From positions 1-56,162 of the forward strand of contig JBDTIZ010000066.1 in NCBI GenBank assembly GCA_039936115.1: 56,162 bases of DNA, read 5' to 3'. Shown one piece after another: positions 39,038 to 47,905 of the stretch; position 1 is the first letter of the stretch; each line of letters begins with the position of its first letter. Source of the stretch: Gammaproteobacteria bacterium. Lineage in GTDB: Bacteria; Pseudomonadota; Gammaproteobacteria; DSM-16500. The position numbers and the translations under genes are program-made. Below the pieces are notes generated by a model. The model saw only the letters and a program-made list of their open reading frames with translations, did not search any database and was not told the DNA's origin.

Positions 39038-39720
39038 AGAATTCCTTTGTTGAAAAGGATTTCTATCAATCAAGTTCTGACTGGATATATAGCATGTATC
39101 AAAGCCAGACCGTCTGGTTAATGCGATCACTTGTTGCCTCATTGTTTTTGTTGATTCTACTTGGGTTGTCACTAACAGCAAATATATGTTTACTCCCATT
39201 AAAAGAAAAGGTTCCCTATCTTTATGCTTTTGATCATGCGACAGGTGAAGTTACTAAAATTGGTGTACTTGATAAAACTAATGTGTCATCAAATTGGGAA
39301 GTAGCGCGATATTTTCTGATTCATTATGTTATCAATTATGAAGGCTATAATGCCGATAATATTGATTATCCTTATCAAATGGTTTGGGCGCAATCAAGCG
39401 ACGAAGTGAGAAAGCAATTTGATAATCAAGTGAATAGCACTAATGTAAATTCGCCTTACAAAATATACGGCAAAGATAAATTTGTTACAGCCAAGGTTAT
39501 TTCAGTTAATCGATTAAATGAAAATACTGTGGACATAAAATTTGAAAAGAAGCTACATGATCGTACATCCAATGTGGATCAAATCACTTATAAGGAAGCA
39601 ATTGTTAAATGGGATTTTTCAAATGCGGAATTAACGCAAAAAATGTTAGATCGAGATCCGCTTGGATTCAAGGTCACATATTACCAAGTTAGTCAGGTCA
39701 CTTTAGATAATAATTTATAG
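39019..39720 (+). CDS. virB8: T4SS protein VirB8
   Basis: 233 aa. It is bitopic, with a single TM (LVASLFLLILLGLSL) followed by an NTF2-like periplasmic domain (ARYFLIHYVINYEGY...). The start is GTG after GGGAGG. Confidence 0.8.
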   Translation: MATKILKNSFVEKDFYQSSSDWIYSMYQSQTVWLMRSLVASLFLLILLGLSLTANICLLPLKEKVPYLYAFDHATGEVTKIGVLDKTNVSSNWEVARYFLIHYVINYEGYNADNIDYPYQMVWAQSSDEVRKQFDNQVNSTNVNSPYKIYGKDKFVTAKVISVNRLNENTVDIKFEKKLHDRTSNVDQITYKEAIVKWDFSNAELTQKMLDRDPLGFKVTYYQVSQVTLDNNL

Positions 39721-39729
39721 GAAAAAAGA

Positions 39730-40461
39730 ATGAACAAATTAATGTTATTCACATGTGTATGTTGTCTCACCGTAGGTTCCAATCTTTCGTATGCAGAAAG
39801 TGTTCCGAGAGGAATTGCAACAGATAATCGGGTTAAAGTTGTTATGTATGATCCTAATAATGTCGTGCTACTTAAAGAAAGATATGGGTATCAAACACAA
39901 ATTGCATTTTCTGCTAATGAAACCGTTCAAAGCGTCTCAGTCGGCGATAGCCTCGCATGGCAAGTTGTACCTATAAATAATAATTTATTTATCAAGCCTG
40001 TTGCTCTATCCAAAACTAATATGACAGTTTTGACTAATATGAATAGCTATAATTTCCAGTTGGATTCCTCTGATTCTACGTCTAAGTTGACTTATAAATT
40101 ACAGTTTACCTATCCAGAAGTAGGTTATGACCAATCAGGTAAGTCTGATGCGGTTGATACTTTTAATCCTGAAAAATTTAACTGGAAATATAGTTTTACA
40201 GGCGACAGGTCTTTAGCGCCGATTGAAGCATTTGATAATAACCAATTTACTTACTTTAAATTTAAGTCTGACGGAATGAGTCATTTGCCAGCAGTTTTTG
40301 TAGTCGATAAAGATCGAAAAGAAACTTTGGTGAATTATCACATGCAAGGCGGTTACATGGTGATTAATTCTATCGCAAAACAGTTCACATTACGCGATGG
40401 GTCATCTGTCACAAGTATTTATAACGATTATGCAATTGGTGATTGGAAAAAATTATCTTGA
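39730..40461 (+). CDS. virB9: T4SS outer-membrane core protein VirB9/CagX family
   Basis: Signal peptide. VVMYDPNNVVLLKERYGYQTQIAF...VGDSLAWQV...NNLFIKP is the typical VirB9 N-domain pattern. Confidence 0.85.
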   Translation: MNKLMLFTCVCCLTVGSNLSYAESVPRGIATDNRVKVVMYDPNNVVLLKERYGYQTQIAFSANETVQSVSVGDSLAWQVVPINNNLFIKPVALSKTNMTVLTNMNSYNFQLDSSDSTSKLTYKLQFTYPEVGYDQSGKSDAVDTFNPEKFNWKYSFTGDRSLAPIEAFDNNQFTYFKFKSDGMSHLPAVFVVDKDRKETLVNYHMQGGYMVINSIAKQFTLRDGSSVTSIYNDYAIGDWKKLS

Positions 40462-40471
40462 GGTAAATACC

Positions 40472-41569
40472 ATGAAATTATCTAACAAAACTAAAAATAG
40501 CACATTAGAAAGTGGACTGCCTGAAGTGGCGCAGAAATATCGTAATAAAAAGCCAATAGTATTAGTTATATTTGGCATTATATTAATTGTATTTTTATTT
40601 GTGCATTTTCATACAAAATCAGGTGCAAAAGTTACTGCTCCAGTAGAAGAAACATATACACCACAAAACCAGGTAAGCGGTGAAGTTAACAAAATTGAGG
40701 TGCCTGTAACTGCTGGCTCTGTTAGTGAGCCGAAGCTGGATAGTCAAATAACAAGTGAGGCGGTGGAGGAACATAAGCTATACATTCAGGAAAAAGAAAA
40801 GGAATTACAACAACGGCTTTCTGCACCATTAATGCTTGTAGCAAGTAATTCAGGTAGTAAGCCAGTTGAAGCATCGTCGAACACGAGTAGTCAATCACAA
40901 GATCCTAATACTCAATTTATGAATCAAGTTTCAATGCAAGACGCTGAAACCATCAATGCGACATCAATAGGTTCATTAAGTTCAGTGATTGCTGAAGGAA
41001 GTCTAATTCATGCAATTCTAGAACCCGCCACTGATTCAGATCTGCCTGGATATTTGAGAGCCATTGTGAGTGAGCCTTGTTATTCGGAAGATGGAAGCCA
41101 AATTTTAGTGCCGGTTGGAAGTCGATTAATAGGTCAATACAAAAGTGGAATGACAATGGGTCAATCGAGAATTTTCATTGTATGGACACGGCTGCTAACT
41201 CCAGCGGGAATTTCAATCAATCTCGGATCGCCTGGTGTTGATAGCTTAGGCGTTGCAGGAATGGGTGCAGATGAAATCAACAGACATTTCTGGGCGCGAT
41301 TTGGCACGGCTTCTTTACTTTCTATTATGGGTGTTGGTGCTGCAAATTCCGGTGTGTCAGGTGATGATCAGGCGAACTCAGCTTCTGCTTATCGGGCAGC
41401 CATTGCAAATAGCTTTTCTCAGTCGGCAGCGCAAAGTTTGCAACAAGAAAGCATGATTCCGCCTACGCTCAAGACTTATCAAGGGAAGCCAATTATGGTT
41501 TTTGTTGCGCATGATTTGAGTTTTCAAAACGTAATCAAACAAGGCATCTCAAAGATCAAAGTATTTTAG
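40472..41569 (+). CDS. virB10: T4SS core protein VirB10/TrbI family
   Basis: N-terminal TM, a Pro/Ser/Gln-rich linker and a C-terminal TrbI domain (GSLIHAILEPATDSDLPGYLRAIV...GQSRIFIVWTRLLTPAGISI). I chose ATG 40472 (MKLSNK), after the virB9 stop, over the track start at 40397. Confidence 0.85.
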   Translation: MKLSNKTKNSTLESGLPEVAQKYRNKKPIVLVIFGIILIVFLFVHFHTKSGAKVTAPVEETYTPQNQVSGEVNKIEVPVTAGSVSEPKLDSQITSEAVEEHKLYIQEKEKELQQRLSAPLMLVASNSGSKPVEASSNTSSQSQDPNTQFMNQVSMQDAETINATSIGSLSSVIAEGSLIHAILEPATDSDLPGYLRAIVSEPCYSEDGSQILVPVGSRLIGQYKSGMTMGQSRIFIVWTRLLTPAGISINLGSPGVDSLGVAGMGADEINRHFWARFGTASLLSIMGVGAANSGVSGDDQANSASAYRAAIANSFSQSAAQSLQQESMIPPTLKTYQGKPIMVFVAHDLSFQNVIKQGISKIKVF

Positions 41570-41580
41570 AGAAGTAAAAT

Positions 41581-42558
41581 ATGTCAATAAAAGCGCTAGA
41601 GCGGCATTTGATACCATTATTACCATTTTTAAAATCTGATAATGTGACTGAAATTTGCATTAATCGGAGTAAAGAAATATATGTCGAAAAAAAGGGAAAA
41701 TTTACCAGTTATAAGATTGAAGAGTTAGAAATTGGATTTTTAGAATCATTTGCTGCTTTAGTTGCTGAATTTAACAATAAAGACTTTCCTTCGCCGCTAC
41801 TTTCGGGCGCATTGCCAACGGGAGAAAGAATTCAATTTGTCATGAGTCCAGCCTGTGATAGTGACAAATTGATTTGCTCTATTCGAAGGCATCAAATGCG
41901 AAATATGACATTAAATGATTACGATGAGAGGGGTGTTTTTAATGAAATAGTCTCCAATGATACGTCATCTACGACAATGATTGATGATGAACTAAAACGA
42001 CTTTACCAGGAAAAAAATGTTTTAAGTTTTTTGAAGCTAGCCATTCAGAGCAAAAAAAATATTCTAATTAGCGGCGGAACTGGTACAGGTAAAACTACTT
42101 TTTTGAATGCATGCTTGAAATGGATGCCACCGCACGAGAGATTGATTACTGTGGAGGACACGCGTGAAGTTGTTGTTACTCAGGCGAATGCTGCGCATTT
42201 ACTTTTTAATGAAGAAGACGAACGTATTAGTGCGTTGAAAATCTTTAAAGCCTGTTTGCGATTGCGTCCTGATAGAATTTTTCTTTCTGAGTTGAGAGGT
42301 TCAGAAGTATGGCCTTATTTGCGTGCTGCAAACAGCGGACATCCAGGCAGTATAAGCACGGTACATGCGGACACACCAAGGGGTGCATTTACGCAACTTG
42401 TTTTTATGATGCAGCAAGCTGGATCAACATCAACTGACTTAAGAATTTTAGATTATGTTAAATCGATTATTAATGTGGTGATACAGCTAAAGCGTTGTTC
42501 CAGACCAGATCGGTTCATGTATGTTTCGGATATCTATTTCGATGGAATTCATACTTAA
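41581..42558 (+). CDS. virB11: T4SS ATPase VirB11
   Basis: Walker A ISGGTGTGKTT, ITVEDTRE, SELRG and the His box GHPGSISTVHA. Confidence 0.9.
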   Translation: MSIKALERHLIPLLPFLKSDNVTEICINRSKEIYVEKKGKFTSYKIEELEIGFLESFAALVAEFNNKDFPSPLLSGALPTGERIQFVMSPACDSDKLICSIRRHQMRNMTLNDYDERGVFNEIVSNDTSSTTMIDDELKRLYQEKNVLSFLKLAIQSKKNILISGGTGTGKTTFLNACLKWMPPHERLITVEDTREVVVTQANAAHLLFNEEDERISALKIFKACLRLRPDRIFLSELRGSEVWPYLRAANSGHPGSISTVHADTPRGAFTQLVFMMQQAGSTSTDLRILDYVKSIINVVIQLKRCSRPDRFMYVSDIYFDGIHT

Positions 42559-42574
42559 AACTAAAAGAGGTAAA

Positions 42575-42919
42575 ATGAAGTCACTAAATCAAATTCAGTT
42601 AATTGGACATGTCGGGAATGATCCTGAGTTTAAGGAAAGTAACGGGACTGTTTTTTCAAAATTCAGGCTTGCGACAGATGAAGGGTGGACAGACAAAAAG
42701 ACAAATGAAAAGCATGAGAATACTGAATGGCATAGGATTGTGTGCTTCAGCGGGTTAGGAGAAGTCGTTAAAAATTACGTTAAGAAAGGCGCAAGAATTT
42801 ATATCTCAGGCAAGCTAACGACTTCTATTTGGAAAGATAAAAATAATGAGACTCGGCATACCACTGAAATTATTGCTGACAATATTATTATGTTAGACGG
42901 TAAGAAAAGTACGGAATAA
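42575..42919 (+). CDS. ssb: single-stranded DNA-binding protein (short, element-encoded)
   Basis: LNQIQLIGHVGNDPEF...TEWHRIVCFSGLGEVVKNYVKKGARIYISGKL is the OB-fold SSB pattern. The start is at MKSLNQ, after AAGAGG. Confidence 0.85.
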   Translation: MKSLNQIQLIGHVGNDPEFKESNGTVFSKFRLATDEGWTDKKTNEKHENTEWHRIVCFSGLGEVVKNYVKKGARIYISGKLTTSIWKDKNNETRHTTEIIADNIIMLDGKKSTE

Positions 42920-42936
42920 AAGAGAGTTAAGACTTA

Positions 42937-43116
42937 CCTGTATTCTGGCCTGTATTCTCGGAGTATACAGGCCAGTGTCAGAGGCGACTCTTTGTAAGCC
43001 ATATGGTTGTTGGGTTTATCGAGAAATTATCTCAACCCACTGGTTCCTGACCACCCACTTACATCGTCCCGATGAGAGTAATTGGGTGGTCAGGAACCAG
43101 TGGGTTGAGATAATTA
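42937..43116. repeat. candidate oriT region: tandem CCTGTATTCT repeats, a 13-bp-arm hairpin and a perfect 33-bp inverted repeat
   Basis: CCTGTATTCT occurs at 42937-42946 and 42949-42958. The hairpin GGCCTGTATTCTC-G-GAGTATACAGGCC lies at 42947-42973. AATTATCTCAACCCACTGGTTCCTGACCACCCA (43025-43057) is the exact reverse complement of 43084-43116. Confidence 0.45.
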
Positions 43117-43124
43117 TTTTTATA

Positions 43125-43748
43125 ATGAAGATGAGAATGAAGATAACAGATAGAGATATAGAAGTGATGAGATTTATTAATGAGTTTGGGTATTGTGGGA
43201 TGCCGGAGATTCAGAAGAGGTTTGGTATTGGAAAAGTGTCAGGTTATAGATTGCTGAGGCGATTGGTTAAAGAAGGATATATGTGTCATAGGCGATTATT
43301 TTTTTCAGGGCATGGAGTTTATTATTTGAGTGCAAGAGGTGCTAAGTGGACGGATTTACCGGCGATTAGTCATATTTCATTTGATTATTATGAACATCAA
43401 ATGTCGTTGATTCATGTCTATATTCGTTTGCGGCAACTTAATCCTAATGCTACTTGGATGAGCGAGCGGCGTTTGAAGCATGAGAAATTTTATGATGGTG
43501 TTGGGAAGCTTGGTCATGTGTCGGATGGTATTTTGATATTGCCGGATGAGAAACAAATTGCCATAGAGGTTGAGCTTAGCTTGAAAGGCAAAACTAGAAT
43601 TGAGCGGATTTTTAAACAGTATAGTACGCAATTTTCTATTAAAGAGGTTTGGTATTACTGTCCGGAGAATATGGTGAAATCATTAAGCTTGTTGGCGCAG
43701 CGAATGCCATTTATTAAAATTCATAATATAGCGGATTTTTTAGCATGA
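43125..43748 (+). CDS. replication-relaxation family-like winged-helix protein (possible relaxosome component)
   Basis: ITDRDIEVMRFINEFGYCGMPEIQKRFGIGKVSGYRLLRRLVKEGYM is a wHTH motif. The rest resembles Replic_Relax proteins, from memory. I moved the start to ATG 43125 because the track ORF's first 50 codons run through the 33-bp inverted repeat. Confidence 0.5.
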   Translation: MKMRMKITDRDIEVMRFINEFGYCGMPEIQKRFGIGKVSGYRLLRRLVKEGYMCHRRLFFSGHGVYYLSARGAKWTDLPAISHISFDYYEHQMSLIHVYIRLRQLNPNATWMSERRLKHEKFYDGVGKLGHVSDGILILPDEKQIAIEVELSLKGKTRIERIFKQYSTQFSIKEVWYYCPENMVKSLSLLAQRMPFIKIHNIADFLA

Positions 43749-45445
43749 ATGACGATGTGATTGGAAACTATATTAATAGTCATCCTAAGCAGTCTTTGCA
43801 AATACTAGTGATTGGTTTAATGGGTGCCTGGCAGAGTATTGCAGCTATTTTAGGGATTTTTTTGTATGTGATATTTAGACAATTATTTCAATTGCAGTGG
43901 TGGATTACATTATTTGTTGGAGTTGTGGTGGCTTTTGCAGCAATTCTTTTGCAGGAGAGTAGTTTTTTAAAGTTTATTCATGATGGCTTGATTTTAAATA
44001 TAGGGTTTTGGAAACGATTTTTTACGAATGATGTGTTGGGCGCTATGTTGTTTGTTTATCATGATGCATTTAGTTACGTGATAGGTTTTCCCATTTTTGT
44101 GGCGGGGATTTTGGATGCGTTAAATCTTATTTCAGAAAATCCTCATCAAGCGGTAATGCAGAATTTACAGCGGGGGATTAATTCTGACAAATTGTTAGAA
44201 ATTAGTGATAAAGCTGTTGAGCAGGCTTTATTAAAATTACGTGATGAAAATTATGATGGTACGGTTTTGGGTGTATCAAAATATACGGGAGAATATTCGG
44301 TAATTCCTGATCGAGTCATTAATCAAGTGTTACTTGTTTTAGGCACAACCGGTAGTGGAAAAACTATTACGTTAAGACGATTTTATAAGCGTGCAATTAC
44401 TAAAGGGTATCCGCTTATTATTGTTGATGGTAAACCAGATGAAGCTAATATTTGCTGGCTGATGAAGTTAGCCGAGCAAAATGGGCGTCGGTTTATAGGA
44501 TTTAACTGCGGTAATTATTTGCCTTATGATCCCTTGGCTAATGGTGGTTACACAGAATTAAAAGACAAAATTATTAGTTTAAAAGATGAATGGTCTAGTG
44601 ATTATTACCGTTCTATTGCAGAAGATTATCTACAGACAACTTTTGAAGTATTGATTAAATCAAAAAAACCTTTTGATTTGAGGATGGTGGTAGATTATTT
44701 AAATTATGACGAGCTAACATTATTGATGCGGGAGATTGAAGATGAAAGTCTAATAAAAAGAGCGAGCAGTCTTGCGCATTATGATCGTAAAGATATAACC
44801 GGATTGCAAGCTCATCTCAATATTTTGATACATTCAGAACTAGGCCAGTATTTTGAGAAAAATGAAACTACATTTTCTCTACCCGATGCAGTCAATCAAA
44901 ATGCGGTTGTTTATTTTGCTTTACCCGCTTTGCGCTTTCCTAGTTTTTCTAAAGTGTTAGGTAAGCTTGTGATTAATGATTTGAAGGCCGTCATTGATCG
45001 TGATGTATGCGTTAATAAACGATTGTTTGCAGTATTTGATGAATTCTCAGTGTTTGCTGGCGAACAAGTTTTAAATCTGGTTAATATGGGAAGAGGAAAG
45101 GGCGTACATGCAATTTTTGGTACACAAGGATTGGCTGATTTGGATAAAGTTGATGTGACATTCAAGAATCAGATATTAAATTGTGCTAATACGCTGATTT
45201 GTCATCGTTTGAATGATCAAGAGAGTGCGGAAAATATTTCAAGTTGGGTAGGGACTCGCGACGTTTTTACTGTGACTGCACAACTTAATGCTAAAAAATC
45301 AGATTCAGGAATGGGTTCAGTGAGACTTAAAAAAGAGTTTATTATACACCCTGATACCATTAAGCAAGGATTACGGACAGGTGAGGCTTTTTATGTAACT
45401 AAGGTTGGAAATTTCAAACAGGATAAAATTATAGTGAGATTTTAA
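43745..45445 (+). CDS. virD4: type IV coupling protein (VirD4/TraD-TraG family)
   Basis: Two N-terminal TM helices, Walker A LGTTGSGKT and Walker B-like RLFAVFDEFSVFAG. It has an ATGA overlap with the upstream gene. Confidence 0.8.
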   Translation: MNDDVIGNYINSHPKQSLQILVIGLMGAWQSIAAILGIFLYVIFRQLFQLQWWITLFVGVVVAFAAILLQESSFLKFIHDGLILNIGFWKRFFTNDVLGAMLFVYHDAFSYVIGFPIFVAGILDALNLISENPHQAVMQNLQRGINSDKLLEISDKAVEQALLKLRDENYDGTVLGVSKYTGEYSVIPDRVINQVLLVLGTTGSGKTITLRRFYKRAITKGYPLIIVDGKPDEANICWLMKLAEQNGRRFIGFNCGNYLPYDPLANGGYTELKDKIISLKDEWSSDYYRSIAEDYLQTTFEVLIKSKKPFDLRMVVDYLNYDELTLLMREIEDESLIKRASSLAHYDRKDITGLQAHLNILIHSELGQYFEKNETTFSLPDAVNQNAVVYFALPALRFPSFSKVLGKLVINDLKAVIDRDVCVNKRLFAVFDEFSVFAGEQVLNLVNMGRGKGVHAIFGTQGLADLDKVDVTFKNQILNCANTLICHRLNDQESAENISSWVGTRDVFTVTAQLNAKKSDSGMGSVRLKKEFIIHPDTIKQGLRTGEAFYVTKVGNFKQDKIIVRF

Positions 45446-45697
45446 TGGGTTGTGAGATCGTAGAAGAATATAAAATACTAAGGAAGCGCACACATAAAGG
45501 GTGTTGAGTAGAGTGCGATGAAGTCATTGATTTGAACTATTTTGCATGGTGCTATACTTTTATTTAACATAGCTATTAAATTATTTTTAAATTTTTCATG
45601 CGCCATCAAATCACTCTATGTTGCATTAAAGTAAATACGTGTAAAGTGGTGCTGATGAGTGTAATCATTTTACATGTTTCAAATTAGGAGTCGAGGG

Positions 45698-45982
45698 ATG
45701 AACCAAGAGCAAATAAATACTCTAATCAAAGAAAGCGAACAAAAGGGCGAAAAAGAAGTTAGACAAGAATTGGCCGCAGGCAAGTATACGACATGGAAAG
45801 AAAAAATTGTTAATAATTGGCTGGCAGAATTAGAAAGAAAATCAGAAGATAAAAAACACAGTGATCATTTGGAAATTAACAGATCATTTAAAAACAGTTC
45901 TTGGATAGGTGCTATAACATCAGTTATATCGGCAATAGTAGCAATTTGTGCCGCCGTAATTGCATTTTATAATAACAAATAA
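45698..45982 (+). CDS. small tail-anchored membrane protein, hypothetical
   Basis: ATG 45698 lies 7 nt after AGGAG. The N-terminal part is a charged helix and the C-terminal TM is WIGAITSVISAIVAICAAVIAF. Confidence 0.45.
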   Translation: MNQEQINTLIKESEQKGEKEVRQELAAGKYTTWKEKIVNNWLAELERKSEDKKHSDHLEINRSFKNSSWIGAITSVISAIVAICAAVIAFYNNK

Positions 45983-46005
45983 GCAGGCTATCACTCCACT
46001 AATAG

Positions 46006-47313
46006 GAGTATGAAAAATATTTTGTGTAAACGGCCGTCTCATTGATTAAACTCTACCTTCGAATTCAATCATAAACCTAGCTAATGCCGGTTTCCAATCG
46101 CGAATCGGCATTGTCCACTTCTTCGAAATATTTTGCAAGGCTAGATAAATTTGTTTAAACGCAGCCTCATCAGAGGGGAACATGCGTTTGTTTTTCATAA
46201 CTTTTCGTAAAGTCATATTCATTGATTCAATTGCATTGGTAGTATAAATCACTTTACGAATTTCAGGCGGATAGTCAAAAAATGGTGTGATATTTTCCCA
46301 ATGACGCAGCCAAATTTGACTGATCGTTGGAAACTGAGTGTCCCATTTGTCAGCAAAGGCAGTGAGTGCCATTTCTGCTTCATCAAGGGTTGCAGAGCCG
46401 TATATCCGCTTCAAGTCAGCAGCGACAGCTTTACGCTCTTTCCAGCCCACAAATCGCAGCGATTGACGGACCAAATGGACAATGCAAAGTTGAACTTTAG
46501 CCTTCGGATAAACTGCTTCAATCGCATCAGGAAAGCCTGTTAATCCATCGCAACAGCACACTAGCACATCATGCAGGCCGCGATTTTTTAATTCAGTTAA
46601 AACAGAAAGCCAGAATTTTGCACCTTCTGTCACATTGCACCACATGCCCAATAATTCTTTTTCTCCATCCATGTTAATTCCCAACGCAAGATGGATAGCT
46701 TTATTGATAACCTGTTTATCCATGCGGATCTTAACAACAATTGCATCAAAATAAATAATTGGGTAAACACGATCGAGTGGCCGAGATTGCCATACTTTTA
46801 CTTCATCTAGAACGGCATCAGTGACGTTTGAAATTAATGTTGGAGACACCTCAACACCATAAAGCTCTTGCAGTTGAGCCTGAATATCACGAGTGGTTAA
46901 GCCGCGCGCATACATTGATAAAATTTTAGAATCAAAACCATCAAAACGAGTTTCACCTTTGGGAATAAATCGTGGTTCGAATGTGCCTGCACGATCACGG
47001 GGAATGGCTATTTCCGCCTCACCAAATTCACCTTTTAGTGTTTTAGAGCTCATTCCATTACGTGAATTACCTGTGTTTTTACCTTTAATTTCGTGCTTTT
47101 CATAACCAAGATGCGTCGTCAATTCTGCTTGTAAGGCGCGCTCTGAAATTGCTTTCACTAGCTTCTTAAAAATACCATTTTCACCAAAAACATCTTCTTG
47201 AGTCGTGCAGCCCTTTAGCAATTCATCTATTAATTCTACTTTCATAGTCATAGTCCATAAAAATTTACGTTATAGTACACTATGACCGTTTACACAGGAA
47301 AATTTACAGACTC
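46006..47313 (-). mobile_element. IS256-family insertion sequence (1308 bp) with imperfect ~30-bp terminal inverted repeats
   Basis: IRL GAGTATGAAAAATATTTTGTGTAAACGGCC matches the reverse complement of IRR, GAGTCTGTAAATTTTCCTGTGTAAACGGTC, at 22/30 positions. The TTGTGTAAA core sits at the same offset as in IS256 ends, as I recall them. The flanking 8-mers ACTAATAG and GAGTTTGT differ, so there is no target-site duplication. Confidence 0.8.
46046..47251 (-). CDS. IS256-family (Mutator-type) transposase
   Basis: 401 aa. CCCDGLTGFPDAIEAVYPKAKVQLCIVHLVRQSL and YTTNAIESMN are hallmark Transposase_mut motifs. Confidence 0.92.
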   Translation of the reverse strand: MTMKVELIDELLKGCTTQEDVFGENGIFKKLVKAISERALQAELTTHLGYEKHEIKGKNTGNSRNGMSSKTLKGEFGEAEIAIPRDRAGTFEPRFIPKGETRFDGFDSKILSMYARGLTTRDIQAQLQELYGVEVSPTLISNVTDAVLDEVKVWQSRPLDRVYPIIYFDAIVVKIRMDKQVINKAIHLALGINMDGEKELLGMWCNVTEGAKFWLSVLTELKNRGLHDVLVCCCDGLTGFPDAIEAVYPKAKVQLCIVHLVRQSLRFVGWKERKAVAADLKRIYGSATLDEAEMALTAFADKWDTQFPTISQIWLRHWENITPFFDYPPEIRKVIYTTNAIESMNMTLRKVMKNKRMFPSDEAAFKQIYLALQNISKKWTMPIRDWKPALARFMIEFEGRV

Positions 47314-47323
47314 GAGTTTGTTG

Positions 47324-47366
47324 AAAATCAGCGTTTACATTGCAACATGTGGCGCTGATTTTTTTG
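47324..47366 (+). terminator. Rho-independent terminator-like hairpin with a T-tract
   Basis: The arms AAAATCAGCG and CGCTGATTTT flank a 19-nt loop and run into a T-tract ending at 47365. It lies immediately right of the IS. Confidence 0.5.
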
Positions 47367-47451
47367 CTAATATTTATCTCCGCGTGTTTCACAGTTGATC
47401 TGCACTGATTGTTATCATGCTAGCATGCTTTTACGGGGCATGAAAAAAACA

Positions 47452-47784
47452 CTAGCGGCTCTCTTCAGGAGAACTATAGCCCAAATAATTTGGAAAAGTG
47501 TGTTTAATTGCTGAGGTATTCAGCCATATTCTTAATAAATGTCGAACAGCTTGATTCTCAGGATAATTAAATGTCGTTCTACCATGTAAAAGTTTTTCAT
47601 TGTTAATAAATATTAGATCACCTGGCTCTACTTTTATTTCAAAAGCGACATCGTTTCGTTTCGAAATAGAATCGAATAATTCAAACGCTTCGAGTTGTTT
47701 TATAGTGAGCCGAGGGAGATGCAGATATTTTTCATAGGCATCCCTACAAAAAGGTTGGTGATACTGACACTTTAATTCATCGCG
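47452..47784 (-). pseudogene. 5'-truncated TauD/TfdA-family Fe(II)/2-oxoglutarate dioxygenase remnant (C-terminal ~110 codons only)
   Basis: Manual minus-strand translation gives RDELKCQYHQPF...AFEIKVEPGDLIFINNEKLLHGRTTFNYPENQAVRHLLRIWLNTS...*. The DxxxxDNxxxLHGR...R.L.R.W pattern is the C-terminus of TauD-like enzymes. There is an in-frame TAA immediately upstream and no Met anywhere in the frame. Confidence 0.6.
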
Positions 47785-47905
47785 AATTTAAATGGCGATT
47801 ATTATATAAAAGCAAATAGTAATATTTCATGTGTTATCAGTAAAAAGATCAAAAATCCAGTGACATAAACAATTTCATAAGCTATCAATTCCATTGAAAT
47901 ATTCC

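Larger units (their letters stand above)
31814..45445. mobile_element. Lvh/Lvr-type conjugative (type IVA secretion) module of an integrative element
   Basis: The module is contiguous: XRE repressor, CsrA paralog, LvrA-like phage-replication-C-terminus protein, VirB2/3/4/5/7/6/8/9/10/11, SSB, replication-relaxation-like protein and VirD4. Confidence 0.8.

Noticed and set aside
42975-43124. N-terminal 50 codons of the track ORF 42975-43748 (GTG start).
   Set aside because: This stretch is the translation of a perfect 33-bp inverted repeat, giving mirror-like peptide strings. It is more likely non-coding (oriT or a structure). I moved the start to ATG 43125.
9384-47905. A second copy of the tRNA-Thr 3' end (attR) to delimit the island.
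   Set aside because: I did not find it by eye in the intergenic regions I scanned (45446-45697, 47314-47905, 53944-54123). A computational exact or fuzzy search is needed, so the right boundary remains undefined.
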